DNA of 64,000 nucleotides, from NCBI RefSeq assembly GCF_009914755.1, contig NC_060944.1. One strand, 5' to 3'. The notes beneath the pieces are model-generated. The model saw only the letters and a program-made list of their open reading frames with translations. It was not told where the DNA came from and did no database searches. Source of the stretch: the human T2T-CHM13v2.0 reference genome, Homo sapiens. Below are positions 40,398 to 54,479 of the stretch, one piece after another; within the stretch, counting starts at the first letter, position 1; every line of letters begins with the position of its first letter. A program made the translations under genes and the position numbers.

Positions 40398-43300
40398 TGC
40401 AAGATAGCAGAATAAAAGTTTCCAGGGCTCATTCTCTCACAGAAACATCAATGTGAACAACTATTCATGCATGAAAATACCTTCACAAGAACTAAGGAAT
40501 CCAGATGAGAGATTATAGTACCTAGGTGGAGCATGGAAATAAAAAGAGACATATTGAAGAGAGTAGAAAGGATAGCTTCACCCATGTTACCCCTTCCCCA
40601 AACACAGGCAACAGAGTGAGGAGAGAGATTCTCTCTGAGTTAGGGAAAGAGAGTGAGGTGAGCACCCAATTTCATCATGGACCTTAGCACCCGGCCCACT
40701 CCAGTAAATCCCAGCACAGGCTTGCCTCTGCAAGACAAGACTCCAGGCCTACCCCATGACCAAGCCAGCCCCTGCAACTCCAGGTTCCAGACCTGCCCTC
40801 ACAAATTCAGGCACCAAGCCAGCCCCTGTAGACCCAAGCACCAGGCCAACCCACTGGAGGATTTCAGCAGCAAGCTTGCCAAAACTTCACCAGACAGGCT
40901 TCCTAGAATCTCTGGACAGGCTTACTGGTGAAGGAATTTCCCTGCTAAATCCAGTCTGCAAGAATGGAAGGGGTGCCTGCTTCTTCAAATACACAGACAC
41001 CAATGCAAGGCCACAAGGATAAAGAATAATTGGAGAAACATGGCACTGTTAAGGAACTAAATAAGGCACCAGTAACAGACCCTAAAGAAATGCAGATCCA
41101 CAACTGTCTGATGAAGAATTCAAAATAACTGTCTTAAAGAAGTTCAGTGAGCTGTAAGAGAACACGGATAGACAACTAGACCAAAAAAATCAGGAAAACA
41201 ATACATGAACAAAATTGGAAATTTTACAAAGAGATATAAACCACAAAAAAGAACCAAACAGAAAATTTTGGAGTTGAACAGCACAATGATTAATCTGAAA
41301 AATTCAATAAAGGACTTCAACAGAAGATTCAATTAAGCAGAGGAAAAACAATCAGTGAGTCTGAAGACAGGTAATTTGAAATTCCCTAGTTAGAGAAACA
41401 AAAAGGAAACAGAATGAAAAAAAGTGAAGAAAGTCTACAGGACTTATGGGACACCATGAAGCAAACCAATATGATAATTCACATGATGAGGGTATCACAA
41501 GGAGCAGAGAAAGAGAAAAGGGGAGAAAGTTTATTTAAAAAAAAAACAGAAGAAAAAAACTAATAATAAATTGGAAATAAATGAAATATAGACTAGAAAC
41601 ACAATAGAAAAGATCAATAAAACTGAAAATAGTTTTTAAAAAAATAAACAAAATTGACAAATTTTAGCTAGATTAACTTAAAAAAGAGAGAAGACTTAAA
41701 ATCAGAAATGAAACCATAAATATTACAACTGATATAACAGAAATATGAAAGATTGTAAGAGACTGCAAAGAACAATTATACCCTAACAGATTGGATAACC
41801 TAGAAGAAATGAAGACATTTTTAGAAAAATACAAGCTGCCAAGACTAAATCATAAAGAAATAGAAAAATGAACAGATCAATAATGATTAAAGAAATTGAA
41901 ACCAAAAACCTCACAACAACAAATCCAGAAATATGTGGTTTCATTGATAAATTCTACCAAATCTTTAAAGAAGAATTAACTTCAGTTCTTCACAAAATCT
42001 TCCCAAAAATCGAAGAGGAGGAAACACTTCCAAACTTATTTTATGAGACCAGGATTACTCTAATATTAAAGTCAGACAAAAACACTATAAGAAAAGAAAA
42101 CTACAGGTTAATATCCTTGATGAGCAGTAATGCAAAAATCCTCAAAAAAATACTAGCAAACTAAATTCAATAGTACAGTAAAAAAGTCATATACCATGAT
42201 CAAGTGATACCTCTAGGATTCAAGGATGGTTCAATATACACAAATTAATAAATGTGTTACACCATATTAATAGAAAGAAAAATAAAAATCACATGATTAT
42301 CTCCATAGACACAGAAAAAGCACTGGACAAAATTCAACAACCTTTCATTATAAACACACTTAACAAACTAGGTATAGCAAGAATGTACTTCAACATAGTA
42401 AAGGCCATTTATGACAAACCCACAGCTGACATCATACTCAGTGGTGAATAGTTGAAAGATTTTCTTGTAAGCTCAGAAACAAGAAAAGGATGTCCACTCA
42501 CATCACTTCTGTTCAATACAGTACTGGAAGTCCTAGACAGAGCAATTAGGCAAGAAAAAGAAATAAAAGGCAGCCAAATTGGAAAGGAAGAAGTAAAATG
42601 ATCTCTGTTTAGAAATGATATGATCTTATATATAGAAAACGCTAAAGACTCCACAGAAAATGTTAGAACTAATAAAAAAACTCAGTAATGTTGTATGATA
42701 CAAATCAACATAGAAAAATCAGTGACATTTCTATACACTAACAACAAACTATCAAAAAAAGAATTAAGAAAATAATCCCATTTATAATAGCATTAACAAT
42801 ACTTAGAAATAAATTTAACTGAAATGAAAGATCATCACCCCTGAAAACTATAAAACATTGATGAAATAACAGGAAGATAGCCCATATTCATGAACTGGAA
42901 GAATTAATAGTGTTAAAATGTGCATACTTACCCAAAGCATTCTGAAGATTTATTGCAATCTCTATCAAAATTTCAATGCTATTTTTTATTAAAATAGAAA
43001 AAACAATTCTAAAATTTGTATGGGACCACAAAAAAAACTTGAAAAGCCAAAGCAATCTTGAGCAAGAACAAAGCTGGAGGCATCAGACAAAATGTCCTAT
43101 AAAGTTATGGTAGCCAAAACAGCATAGTATTGTAATAAAAGCATACATACAGATCAATGGAACAGAATAGAGAGCCCAGAAATAAATCCATGAATTTACA
43201 GTCAATTAATCTTTGACAAAAGTGCCGGGAATATACAGTGGGGAAAAGAAAGTCTCTTTAACAAATGGTGTTGGAAAAACTGGATATCATAATCAGAAAT

Positions 43301-44145
43301 ACTAATTTGCACCCTATCTTATACCATATACAAAAAATCACTCAAAATAAGTTTAATACCTGAAACTATAAGATTCCTAGAAGAAAACAAAAGAAAAGAC
43401 ATTGGTCTGGATGGTGACTTTGAGCACAGGCAACAAAAGTAAAAATAAACTAATGAAATGACATCAAACTGAAAAGCTTCTGTGCAGCAAAGAAAACAAT
43501 TCCTAAAGTAAAGAGACAACTTGTGGAATGGGACAAAATATTTGCAAATCATATATCTGATAAGGGGTTAATATAAAAAATATATAAGGAACTCAAACAA
43601 CTCAATAGCAAGAAAACAAACAGACATTTCTCTGAAGAAAACATACAAATAACCAACAGGTATATCAAAAAATGCTAAATTGCTGATCACCAGGGAAATA
43701 CAAATCAAGACCACAAAGAGATAACACTTCATACCTGTTAAAATGGCTATTGTAAAAAAGACAAAAGCGAAGTGTTGATGAGGATGTGGAGAAAAAGGAA
43801 CCCTCATGCACTGTTGGAGGAAATGTGCATTGGTACAGCCACTATGGAGAACTCTACGGTGGTTCCTTAATAAATTGAAAACAGAACTACTATATGATCC
43901 AGCAATCCCACTTCTGGGCATATATCCACAGGGAAATGAACTCAGTATCTCAAAGAGTTATCTGCAATGTTCCTTGCAACATTATGTACAACAGCCAAGA
44001 TATGAAACCAACCTAAGTATCCATTGATGGAAAAATGAATTTTAAAAACTGTGGGGTAATTAATTATAGATATATCTCTATCTATGCCTCTCTCTCTTTT
44101 CCTCCCTCCCTCTCTCTCTCTCTATCTCTTTCTCTCTCTCTCTCC

Positions 44146-44197
<52 letters not shown>

Positions 44198-44690
44198 TAC
44201 ACACATACTGGAATATTATTCAGCCTTTAAATAGAGGAAAAATCTGCCATTTGTGACAACAAAGGTTAAACTGGAGGACATTATGCTAAGTGCAGCCAGT
44301 TAGACACAGAAAGGCAAGTTTTGGATGATGTCACTTAGATGTAGAATCTTAAAAAGTTAAACTCATAAAAGCAGAGTGGAAAATTGGTTACCAGGAGCTG
44401 GAGAGTCGGGGGATGGCGAGATGTTGGTCAAAGGTTGCAAAGTTCAGTTATGCAGGATGAATGAGGACTAGAGTTCTATTGCACAGCATGCAAACTATAA
44501 TTAATGTATTGTAGACTTGAAATTTATTAAGATAACAGATCTAAATGTTCCTATCATAAAAAATAAAACTGGTAACTCTGGGAGATGATGGACTGTGGTA
44601 ATCACTTCACAATGTATATGTACATCAACACATTACATTGTACATCATAAATACATACAATTTTTATTTGTCAATTTTACCTAAAATTTA
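40398..44690 (+). mobile_element. L1MA9/L1M3-like element with 5'UTR, partial ORF1, internal deletion, ORF2 remnant and 3'UTR
   Basis: CAAGATAGCAGAATA start, GC-rich tandem block 40680-40850, ORF1 and ORF2 peptide fragments ([22 protein letters not shown]), ACAATTTTTATTTGTCAATT end. Confidence 0.88.
44088..44206. repeat. Compound (CT)n-(CA)n microsatellite inside L1
   Basis: Read directly. Confidence 0.95.
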
Positions 44691-44807
44691 CCTTTCAAAA
44701 TTCACAAAATGAGTAAAACAGAAATTTGAATATTTTAAATTTCAAGTTTTTTTAAAGTTAATAGCATTCATACTTCTCAAGTTATTGAAGATTAAAACTC
44801 TACTAAC

Positions 44808-45110
44808 AGCCGGGCATGGTGGCTCATGCCTGTAATCCCAGTACTTTGGGAGGCTGAGGCAGGTGGATCACCTGAGTTTGAGACCAGCCTAGACAACGTG
44901 GTGAAACCCCACCTCTACTAAAAATACCAAAAATAGCCAGGTGTGGTGGGGCATGCCTGTAATCCCAGCTACTCAAGAGGTTGAGGCAGGAGAATCACTT
45001 GAACCCAGGAGGCAGAGGTTGCAGTAAGCCAAGATTGCACCACTGCACTCCAGCCTGGGCGACAGAGTGAGACTCCATCTCAAAACAAACAAACAAACAA
45101 ACAAACAAAC
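44808..45110 (+). mobile_element. AluS with (CAAA)n tail
   Basis: Dimeric Alu; short deletion after CACCTGAG; TSD AACTCTACTAA/AACTCCACTAA. Confidence 0.95.
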
Positions 45111-45339
45111 AACTCCACTAAGACTTTTGGGACAACCTGTACCTATCTGACCTGCCTTTCCATCTTTAATGCTCTTCTGTGCTCCCCAGCCCCACTTCAA
45201 TTGCGTACTGGACAAAGTCATGACTGCCAAGTAGGGAACCCCAGGATCTCCAGGATCTGGCATCTAACCACATCTCCAACCCTACCTCCTAGAACTCTTT
45301 GCCTCTACTCTCCCTCCACTGCCATTGGAGCCCCACAGA

Positions 45340-45920
45340 TTCTGAGTTGCTTATTGAATCTGCATCTTTGCCAGTGCTATGCTTTTTAACAAAACGCAGG
45401 CTCCCTGTTCCTTCCATCCTCTTCTTTGCAAGTTTCAACTCACATATCTCTTCCTTCAAATGAGCCTTCCCTAAAAAACAATCTTCCCTACCCTTCCAGC
45501 TGTGCTCCCTCAGGATCCTGTGCACGTGTCTGTCCTGGGCTTAACTCACAATGTCACTGCCCTATGATTCTGTCTTTATGAGAAAGTTTCTCCTTCTCCA
45601 CTGTGAGATTTCAAGAAACGGGCTCAGAAGTGAGAGAATAAGTGAAGGAGGAAAAAAAAAAAAAAGACTCATGAATTTAAGAAGCAAACATCAAGGGTCT
45701 TAGTAATTGCTATTATTTGTGTCTTATAATTGGCTTGACCAACTGAGTAGCTGGTCACCGTTCTTCCATTTATTAGTTGTGACATTGGGAAAACCCTCTT
45801 ACTTCTCAGTGTGTTTCTTGTCTCTCAAATAACAAAACATTCAGCCCCTGTTGGCATGGTAAATTTGGATCTGCAATCAAATGAAATTAAGGATGTGAAT
45901 ATGCTTTCACATCTAAGCTC
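45340..45920 (+). mobile_element. L2 fragment followed by MIR fragment
   Basis: TCAACTCACATATCTCTTCCTTCAAATGAGCCTTCCCT; CCATTTATTAGTTGTGACATTGGGAAA. Confidence 0.5.
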
Positions 45921-46027
45921 TACACTTGCAAGATGTTTTTACTGCAAGCTTCTGAATCACAGTATAAAAACATGAAATTTGGAAACAGAAAAGGCTAGGA
46001 GATAACAAAGTTGAAATACTTCATTTT

Positions 46028-46474
46028 CAATGGCAAATACATGGGATCAACCCAAATGCCCATCAGTGTTAGGCTAGATAAAGAAAATGTGGTACATATA
46101 CACCATGGAATACTATGCAGCCATAAAGAAGAACTAGATCATGTCCTTTTCAGAAATGTAGATTTCTGAAATCTGGAGCTGGAGGCCATTTTCCTTAGCA
46201 AACTCATGCAGGAACAGAAAACCAAATACCACGTGTTCTCACTTATAAGTGGGAGGTAAATGATGAGAACACATGGATACATAGAAGGGAACAACACACA
46301 CTGGGGGCTACCTGAGGGTGGAGGGTTGGGGGAGGCAGAGGATCAGGAAAAATAACTAATGGGTAGTAGGCTTAACACCTGGGTGATAAAATAATCTGTA
46401 CAACAAACTCCCATGACACAAAGTTTACCTATGTAATAAACCTGCACATGTACCCTGAACTTAAAAAGCAAAAA
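46028..46474 (+). mobile_element. 5'-truncated L1PA13-16-like 3' end
   Basis: GAGGATCAGGAAAAATAACTAATGGG...CCCATGACACAAAGTTTACC; TSD GAAATACTTCATTTT (46013-46027) / GAAATCCTTCATTTT (46475-46489). Confidence 0.92.
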
Positions 46475-47439
46475 GAAATCCTTCATTTTATTAATAAGGA
46501 AATGAAATATGAGTGAAAAGAGACTTATCCAAGATCACGCAATGAGGCAGATTTAGAGCTTTCTCAAACCTGGGGCTACTGGCTCTTTCCAAAACCTCAT
46601 TCTTATTTTTTGTCTTATTTTTCTTCTTTCTTTCTTTTTTTACTTTCTTATTCTTTCTTCAGCACAGCCCTTCAGCTCTTTCTTTCCCCCAAATAGAAGA
46701 ATCACTCTTTTTCCCACCAAATAGAAGAATAGCCGTAGTTAAGTGCCGTTGATCTTTGTTGACTGAAAATCTAACTTTGTGCATGCCTACACCATGTCCC
46801 CAGCTGCCGTGTACTTGTTAGCATGGATACTTACTGGGCCAAGAGGCACACAGGAAGCCCCTGAAAGTATTTACTCCAACCAGACCCAGGGAAAAATGAA
46901 ACTGGGTTGTCTTTTAGGGATATTGTCTTTCAGGGACTAAGTTACCATGGCAAGCAGAGATCTACTGCCTTGGCTTACAAACTGTTCCCCTGTGAGGTCT
47001 TCCACAGGCAAATTGCTCTATAAATCTATGTTGTTTAATTTTGAGTAAAGGGATAGAAAGGTTCCCTACGAGAAAATGCCGGGGAAAGAAAGAAACCCAA
47101 AACTGAGTTTTCCAAAAGACTAGATTTAAATCTCCTTAGAACATTGTTACTTCTTCGTTGCTCAAAGAGTGTCTTTGTAAGTCAGGTCAGCGGCGGCTGT
47201 CACACGCTGTGGGGGAAGATGTGTGGCATTTCATCAGAGGGGCAGCTCAAGCAGCAGACTCAGATCAGGAAATTAGAAATGTTTCCCTGCCTGCCCAAGA
47301 AAGGCTAGATTCACAGTTTTGGTTCAGACGTGTCCCAGAATTTTAGCCAACCATGGAAGTCTTTGGAGCTGAAAATCAAGCTGTCAAAATGTCTTTTCTA
47401 AGCATCTGCTGTGTCTAGTCCTGTGTCAAATGATGACAG

Positions 47440-47595
47440 CGATGTTATCATCTCCACTCACATGCTTTCCTGTGCCAGTCATCCCACTGCGCACTTTGCG
47501 TACATTTGCTAATATTATAATGACCCTTTGAGATAAATATTATTATTCTCATTTTTCATACAAAGAAAGTTAGCATCCTCAAACCAAACAGCTTG
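47440..47595 (-). mobile_element. MIR, split by inverted L1MB (continues 49112-49175)
   Basis: TTTCCTGTGCCAG...TATTATTATTCTCATTTTTCATA; resumes GAAGTGGTAGGACTTGGACTGGAATTTAAGTC. Confidence 0.7.
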
Positions 47596-48056
47596 CCATC
47601 GTTCATATATGGTCTTTTGTACCTGGCTTCTTTCAATCAGAATGTTTTCACTGTTGTAGCATGCATCAGTAGTTCATTCCTTCTTATTGCCAAATAATAT
47701 CCAATTGTGTAACCCATTTTTAAAATCTATTCATCAGTTGGGGAACACATGGGTTGTTTCTACTTTTTGGCTATCATAGTTAATTCTGCTAGGAATATTC
47801 ATGTACAGTTTTTGTATGGACATGTGTTTTTATTTATTTTAAGCATATGACTAGGAGTGGAATCACTGGGCCACATGGAAATTCTATAACATTTTCAGGA
47901 ACTTTCAAACATATTTCCAAAGTGGTTGTACCATTTTACAATCTCACCAGCAATATATTAGCGTTTTAAGTTTTTCACGTCTTTGCTAATATTTGTTATT
48001 GTTTGATTCATTGATAATAGCCATTCCAGAGGATATAAAGTGATATCTCATTGTAA

Positions 48057-48354
<298 letters not shown>

Positions 48355-48477
48355 AATTTGAGCATTTTTAAATGTTCTCATTGATCAGTTAAATTTCTTC
48401 TTTGGGGAATGTCTATTCAAATCCTTTGCCCATTTTAAAATTGGGTTATTTGTATTTTTATTGTTAAGATAACTCTT

Positions 48478-48775
48478 AAATTTTATTTATTTTTTGAGAT
48501 GGAGCCTCACTCTGTTGCCCAGGCTGGAGTGCAGTAGCATGATATCAGCTCACTGAAACCCCCACCTCCTGGGTTCAAGCGATTCTCCTGCCTCAACCTC
48601 CCGAGTAGCTGGGCTTTCAGGTGCATGCCACCACTCCTGGCTAATTTTTGTATTTTAGTTGAGACAGGGTTTCACCATGTTGGCCAGGCTGGTCTTGAAC
48701 TCCTGACCTCAAGTGATCTGCATGCCTCAGCCTCCAAAGTGCTGGGATTACAGGCGTGAGCCACCGTGCCCAGCC
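48478..48775 (-). mobile_element. AluS (Sz/Sx-like)
   Basis: Perfect 13-bp TSD TAAGATAACTCTT at 48465-48477 and 48776-48788. Confidence 0.95.
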
Positions 48776-51567
48776 TAAGATAACTCTTGAGAAGTCTTAC
48801 ATATTTTGGATATAGACCCTTTATTATATGTATAATTTGCAAATATTCTTTTCTCCATTCTGTAGGTAAATCCACAGAGACAGAAAGTACTAATGAGTTT
48901 CAGGAGGTAGGAGGGAAAGAGGAGTATCTGCTAATGGGTATAGGGCTTCTTTTAGTACTGATAAAAAAATTTCTAAAATTAGTGGTGAAGTTTGCACAAC
49001 TCTTTAAATATATTTTTAAAACATAGAATTGTGTACTTTAAGATGGTAAATTTTGTGGTGTGTGAGTTATATCTGCATAAAGTTGTTACTTTTTTTTAAT
49101 TGAACAGCTTGGAAGTGGTAGGACTTGGACTGGAATTTAAGTCTACCAAACTCTAAAGTCTAACTATGTTACACAGCCATGGGGAGAGGGAACAATGTTG
49201 GACAGAAAAAGTACAGAGAAGAAGAGGTGGAATACACAGACATCAAGCTACTCACAAAACTAATTGTGGAGATGGATCTAGATGATGCACTGCATTTACA
49301 TATATACCCTCCTTCCTGAATGACAGGAAGAGATTATTTTTAATAAAAATAAATTTAATGTAATTTAAGTAATGTCAGAAAGGTAGGAAGCATTCAACAA
49401 AGAAAAGCCCAGGACTAGAAGCCTTCATGAGTGAATTCTGCTAAACACTTAAAGTAAAATTAACACCAACATTTATTAAATGCTCCAGAAAAATAGAAGA
49501 AGAAACACACCTAACCTCATATTATGAGGCCAGCATCACCCTGATACTAAAGCCAGAAAAAGGCAACACAAGAAAAGAGACTACAGGCCAATATCCTTGA
49601 TGAACACACATGCAAAAATCTTCAATAAAATACTAGCAAACTGAATTCAACAGCACATTAAAAGGATCATACACCATGATGGGGTGAAATTTATCCTTGA
49701 GATCAATCATGGTTTGATGTACAAAAATCAATCATTGTGATACAACAGATACTACATTAACAGAATGAGAGACAAAAACCACATGATTATTTCAATAGAT
49801 GCAGGAAAAGTATTTTGACAAATTCAATATCCTTTCATGATAAAAGAAACTCTCAACAGAATAGGTATAGAAATAACTTATTTCATCACAATAGAGGCAT
49901 ATATGAAAAACCTACCTCTAGCATCATAATCAATGGAGAAAGACTAAAAGCTTTTCCTCTAAGATCCAGAACAAGGCAAGGGTGCCCAGTCTTGCCACTG
50001 CTATTCAACATAGTACTGGAAGTCCTAGACAGAGTAATCAGACAAGAAAAAGAAATTAAAAGTATCCAAATTGGAAAGGAAGAAGTAAACTTATCTCTGT
50101 TTCCAGACGGTATGATCATATATGTAGAAAATCCTAAAGATTCACTAAAACAAAAGTTGTTAGAACTAATAAACAAATTCAATAAAGGATTTGCAGGATA
50201 CAAAATCAACATACAAAATCAGTGGTATTTTTATACACCAACAAACTATCTGAAGGGAAATTAAGAAAACAATTCCATTTATTAATACATTAGCAATGGC
50301 AGCAGCAACAAATAAAATATTTGGGAATTAAGCAAAGAGATGAAAGACCTATATACCAAAAATTATAAAACATTGATGAAGGAAATCTAAAAAGACACAA
50401 ATAAAGGAATAGTTATCCCATGTTCATGAATTGGAAGAATTAATATTGTCAAAATCTTCTTACTACCCAAAGTGATATACAGATTTAATGCAATCCCTAT
50501 CAAAATCCCAATGGTATGTTTTACAGAAATAAAAAAAAATCTTAAAATTAATATGATACCACAAAAAGCCCTAAATAGTCAAAGCAATCTTGAGTAAGAA
50601 AAATAAAATTGAAGGCATCACACCACCTAATTACAAAATATACTACAAAGCTATAGTAATCAAAAGAGTTTAGTACTGGCATAAAAACACATAGACCAAT
50701 GGAACAGAATAGAGAACCCAGAAATAAACCCACATATATATGATTAATTGGCCTTTGTCAGGAGTGTCAGTAACACAAAATGGAAAAGAACAGTCTCTTC
50801 AACAAATGGTGATTTTTAAAAATCTGGATATCCACATGCAAGAAAAAAATTTAATTAGACCCCTATTTCACACCATATACAAAAATTAACTCAAAATGGA
50901 TTAAAGACTTAAATGTAAACTTGAAACTGTAAACCTCCTAGAAGAAAACATAGGAAAAACCAATCTTGACATTGGTCTTGGCAATAATTTTTGGTTATGA
51001 CCCCAAAAGTTCAGGCAACAAAAGCAAAAATAGACAAGTGGGATAACATGAAACCCAAAAACTTCTGCATAGCAAGAGAAACAATCAACAAAATGAAAAG
51101 ACAACATATGATATAAGAAAAGTATTTGCAAACCTACATCCAATAAGGGATTAGTATCCAAAATATAGAAGGAGCCACTACAACTCAATAGCAAAAATAA
51201 GCAAAAAGCATGATTTTAAAATGGGCAAAGGACCTCAATAGACACTCCATGAAAGAACAAATTTAAATGGCCAGCAGGCGTATGAAAATGTGTCCAACAT
51301 CAATTATCAGGGAAATGGAAATCAAAACCACAATGAAACCCTACCTCACAGCTGTTAAGATGGTTACTTATCAAAGAGGCAAAAGATGGTTGGTCAGGAT
51401 GTGGAGAAGAAGGAAACCTTATACATTGTTAGTGGGAATGTAAATTACTACAGCCATTATGGAAAACAGTATGGAGGTTCCTCAAAAAAATTAAAAATGG
51501 AACTAGTATATGGTACAGCAATCCTACTTCTGCGTGTATATCCAAAGGAATTGAAAGCAGGTTTGTA

Positions 51568-51867
51568 GGCCAGGTACAGTGGCTCATGACTGTAATCCCA
51601 GCACTTTGGGAGGCAGAGGCAGGTGGATCACTTGAGGTCAGGAGTTCGAGACCAGACTGGCCAACATGATGAAACCCCGTCTCTACTAAAAATACAAAAA
51701 TTAGCCAGGTGTGGTGGCACACTCCTGTAATCCCAGCTACTAGGGAGGCTGAGGCGGGAGAATCACTTGAACATGGGAGGCAGAGGCTGCCATGGGCTGA
51801 GATCGTGCCACTGCACTCCCACCTGGGCGACAGAGGGAAACTCAGTCTCAAAAAAAAAAAAAAAAAA
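51568..51867 (+). mobile_element. AluS (Sz/Sx-like), first of tandem pair
   Basis: Full dimer with pure A tail. Confidence 0.95.
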
Positions 51868-52214
<347 letters not shown>

Positions 52215-53399
52215 TCATTGCACATTATTCACAATAGCCAAGATATGGAAACAACTTAAATGTCCTTTGATGGATGAATGCATAAAGAAAATATGGTGTA
52301 TGTGTACAACAGAATATTATTCAGCCTTAAAAAGGAAGGAAACCCTGCCAATTGTGACAATAAGAATGGAGCTGGAAGGCATTATGCTAAGTGAAATAAG
52401 CAAGACACAGAAACAGAAATACTACATGATCTCTCTTATAGATGGAATCTGAAACAGTCAAACTTACAGAAGTGGAGAGCAGAATTGTGGTTGCCAAGGA
52501 CTGTGGGGGAAGGGGAATGAAGTGATGTTGGTCAAAGGGTACAGAGTTTCTTTTATGCAAAATGAGTTATTTCTAGAGATCTTAGGCTCTGCTTCTGGGG
52601 CAATCCAAACTAAGACAGGTATTAAATACAAATTTAAAAGGTTTATCTTTAAAGTCTTGCAATTGAATTGGGAAGATATTTACAATTTTACACAATATTA
52701 GGACTCTTAAATCAGCCATATCTTAAAGTGTTTAATTAAGTTTTACCCTCTCATTAGCCATTGACAATAAATCAGTGTAGATTGGTACATCATGGGCCAT
52801 TTAACATTCCTTGGCATTTATTTGCAACAGCTCATTATTATCCAAAAGTCAGCTGCTGCCAAATTTCCTCTCCAATAGGCAAAGAAATTCCCAGTTGGAA
52901 GGTGAGCTGACTACCAACTCAGGCTGCCTGCTTATTGGGTTTCATGCATCCCTCTCCTCCCGCCCTTCCTCAACTGGGCAATCTACAGGACCTCCAAAGT
53001 GCCTTCTCCTTGGGGAAGGATGTATATTTCTCCTAAGAGTGGTTCAGAAAGATTAATGCTAAAGAAACTTCCCCAGTTTCTCCCTCTTTATCGATTTCCA
53101 TCTTCTAAAGATTTCAGCACTTTGAAGCTTAATCAATTTGTATCACAGTTAGTTCCATGTCCATGTTTTGGTCTTTTAGTTCTTTAACGAATTCCTCTCC
53201 TTTTGAACATGAAAGAGGCAGATACTTAGCTTTAAGTTTCCATCTGCCTTCAAGTCCCATTTTGTTCAGAGAAATTAATATAATCTGGGGAAAATAAACC
53301 TAAAATTATTTGGAAATAGGACTCATGTAATTTCTTATACAGGCAATTTTTTGCTTTGACATCCAGGGAACTTTGAATGTTTGCCTGAGTTCAGCTTGT

Positions 53400-53835
53400 T
53401 TGGAGGTAAGGCATCTAAACTGACCCTAATTTAAGCAAAAGAGGGGTTTATTGAAAATATGCTTGGTAGTTTATAGAACTAAAGAGCTTAATAAACCAGT
53501 CTCTGGAAGTATGTAGTCAGGAAAGATTCAGGGATCTCACAGACAGAAATTCCCAGACTTCATCATTACACTGTTACCTTCATACAACTCCAGAACCAAC
53601 CATCTTACCTCCCTGTGCATTCCCACTCAGATGCTCCCAAGAGAAGGAATTTGGCCTAGTTTGGGCATGTGCTCAACACCTGTGGTCAGTAGAGCAGGAG
53701 TGTGGGTTATCCTCTGATGAGTTTCTCTACCAGAAGAGAATATTGGTGGCAGGGCATGAAGGAAAGGGAGGGGGGCCTGCAATTCTCCCAAAGAAAGAGA
53801 TGCTGGGCAGATGGAAGCCATAGATATCCACTACA
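53400..53835 (-). mobile_element. Old MaLR LTR (MLT1M/N2/O-like)
   Basis: TTAAGCAAAAGAGGGGTTTATTG...TTGGCCTAGTTTGGGCATGTGCTC...GATGCTGGGCAG...TCCACTACA. Confidence 0.7.
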
Positions 53836-53964
53836 TTTATTCCTCAGCTATCCATTTGTCCATATCTCCATTCACAGAATTTTACAAATGCTGCCATCTA
53901 ACATTACAAAATCATACCACGTAAACCTTCAACTGTACTCCTTCCTGAAAGTCTCAGCCAGCTA

Positions 53965-54471
53965 TTGCACCTAGAATCAAGGCCTCCAGGCCCCTGTTCT
54001 CCCAGGATAGAATCTCTAAGTGCATCTCATATCTCTTTACCATGTACTATTTCAGTACATGCTGGCCCTGACTTCCAACTGCCAGCACTCTTTGCCTGTA
54101 GGCTCTCTCTGGCCACTGGAGACTTCTTTGACCATTTTTGGGGTAGGGAAGGAAATGTCTAAAAGTTATCACCACTTTGGGAGCAGCCCTCAACCAATGA
54201 CTAAAGGAACTAATAGACAAATATATGTTTTTCCTCACCCTTTCTGGAACTATTGGAAGAACTCTTAGGTGTATATTCTACAGTTTTCCAGAGTGCTTAA
54301 TCCTTTGGGATTATGCTCCAGTTGCTCACACTGATAATATGCACAGTAGTGTATCCTTTATTGCCTGCACTTTCTCTTCCTCAATCTCATGTTCCCACTG
54401 TCCTACTGATACTTCCTAGAGTCACCTCTTAAATGGCATGAACCCAAATTCTTGCCTCAGTGTTTGCTTCT
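53965..54471 (+). mobile_element. LTR16-like ERVL LTR
   Basis: GGAGCAGCCCTCAACCAATGAC...CCAGTTGCTCACA...CCAAATTCTTGCCTCAGTGTTTGCTTCT. Confidence 0.78.
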
Positions 54472-54479
54472 ATGTTATT

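Noticed and set aside
40680-40850. Degenerate CCAGGCC/GACCC tandem units resembling a repeat-spacer array
   Set aside because: Part of an old L1M 5'UTR tandem region; irregular units without unique spacers
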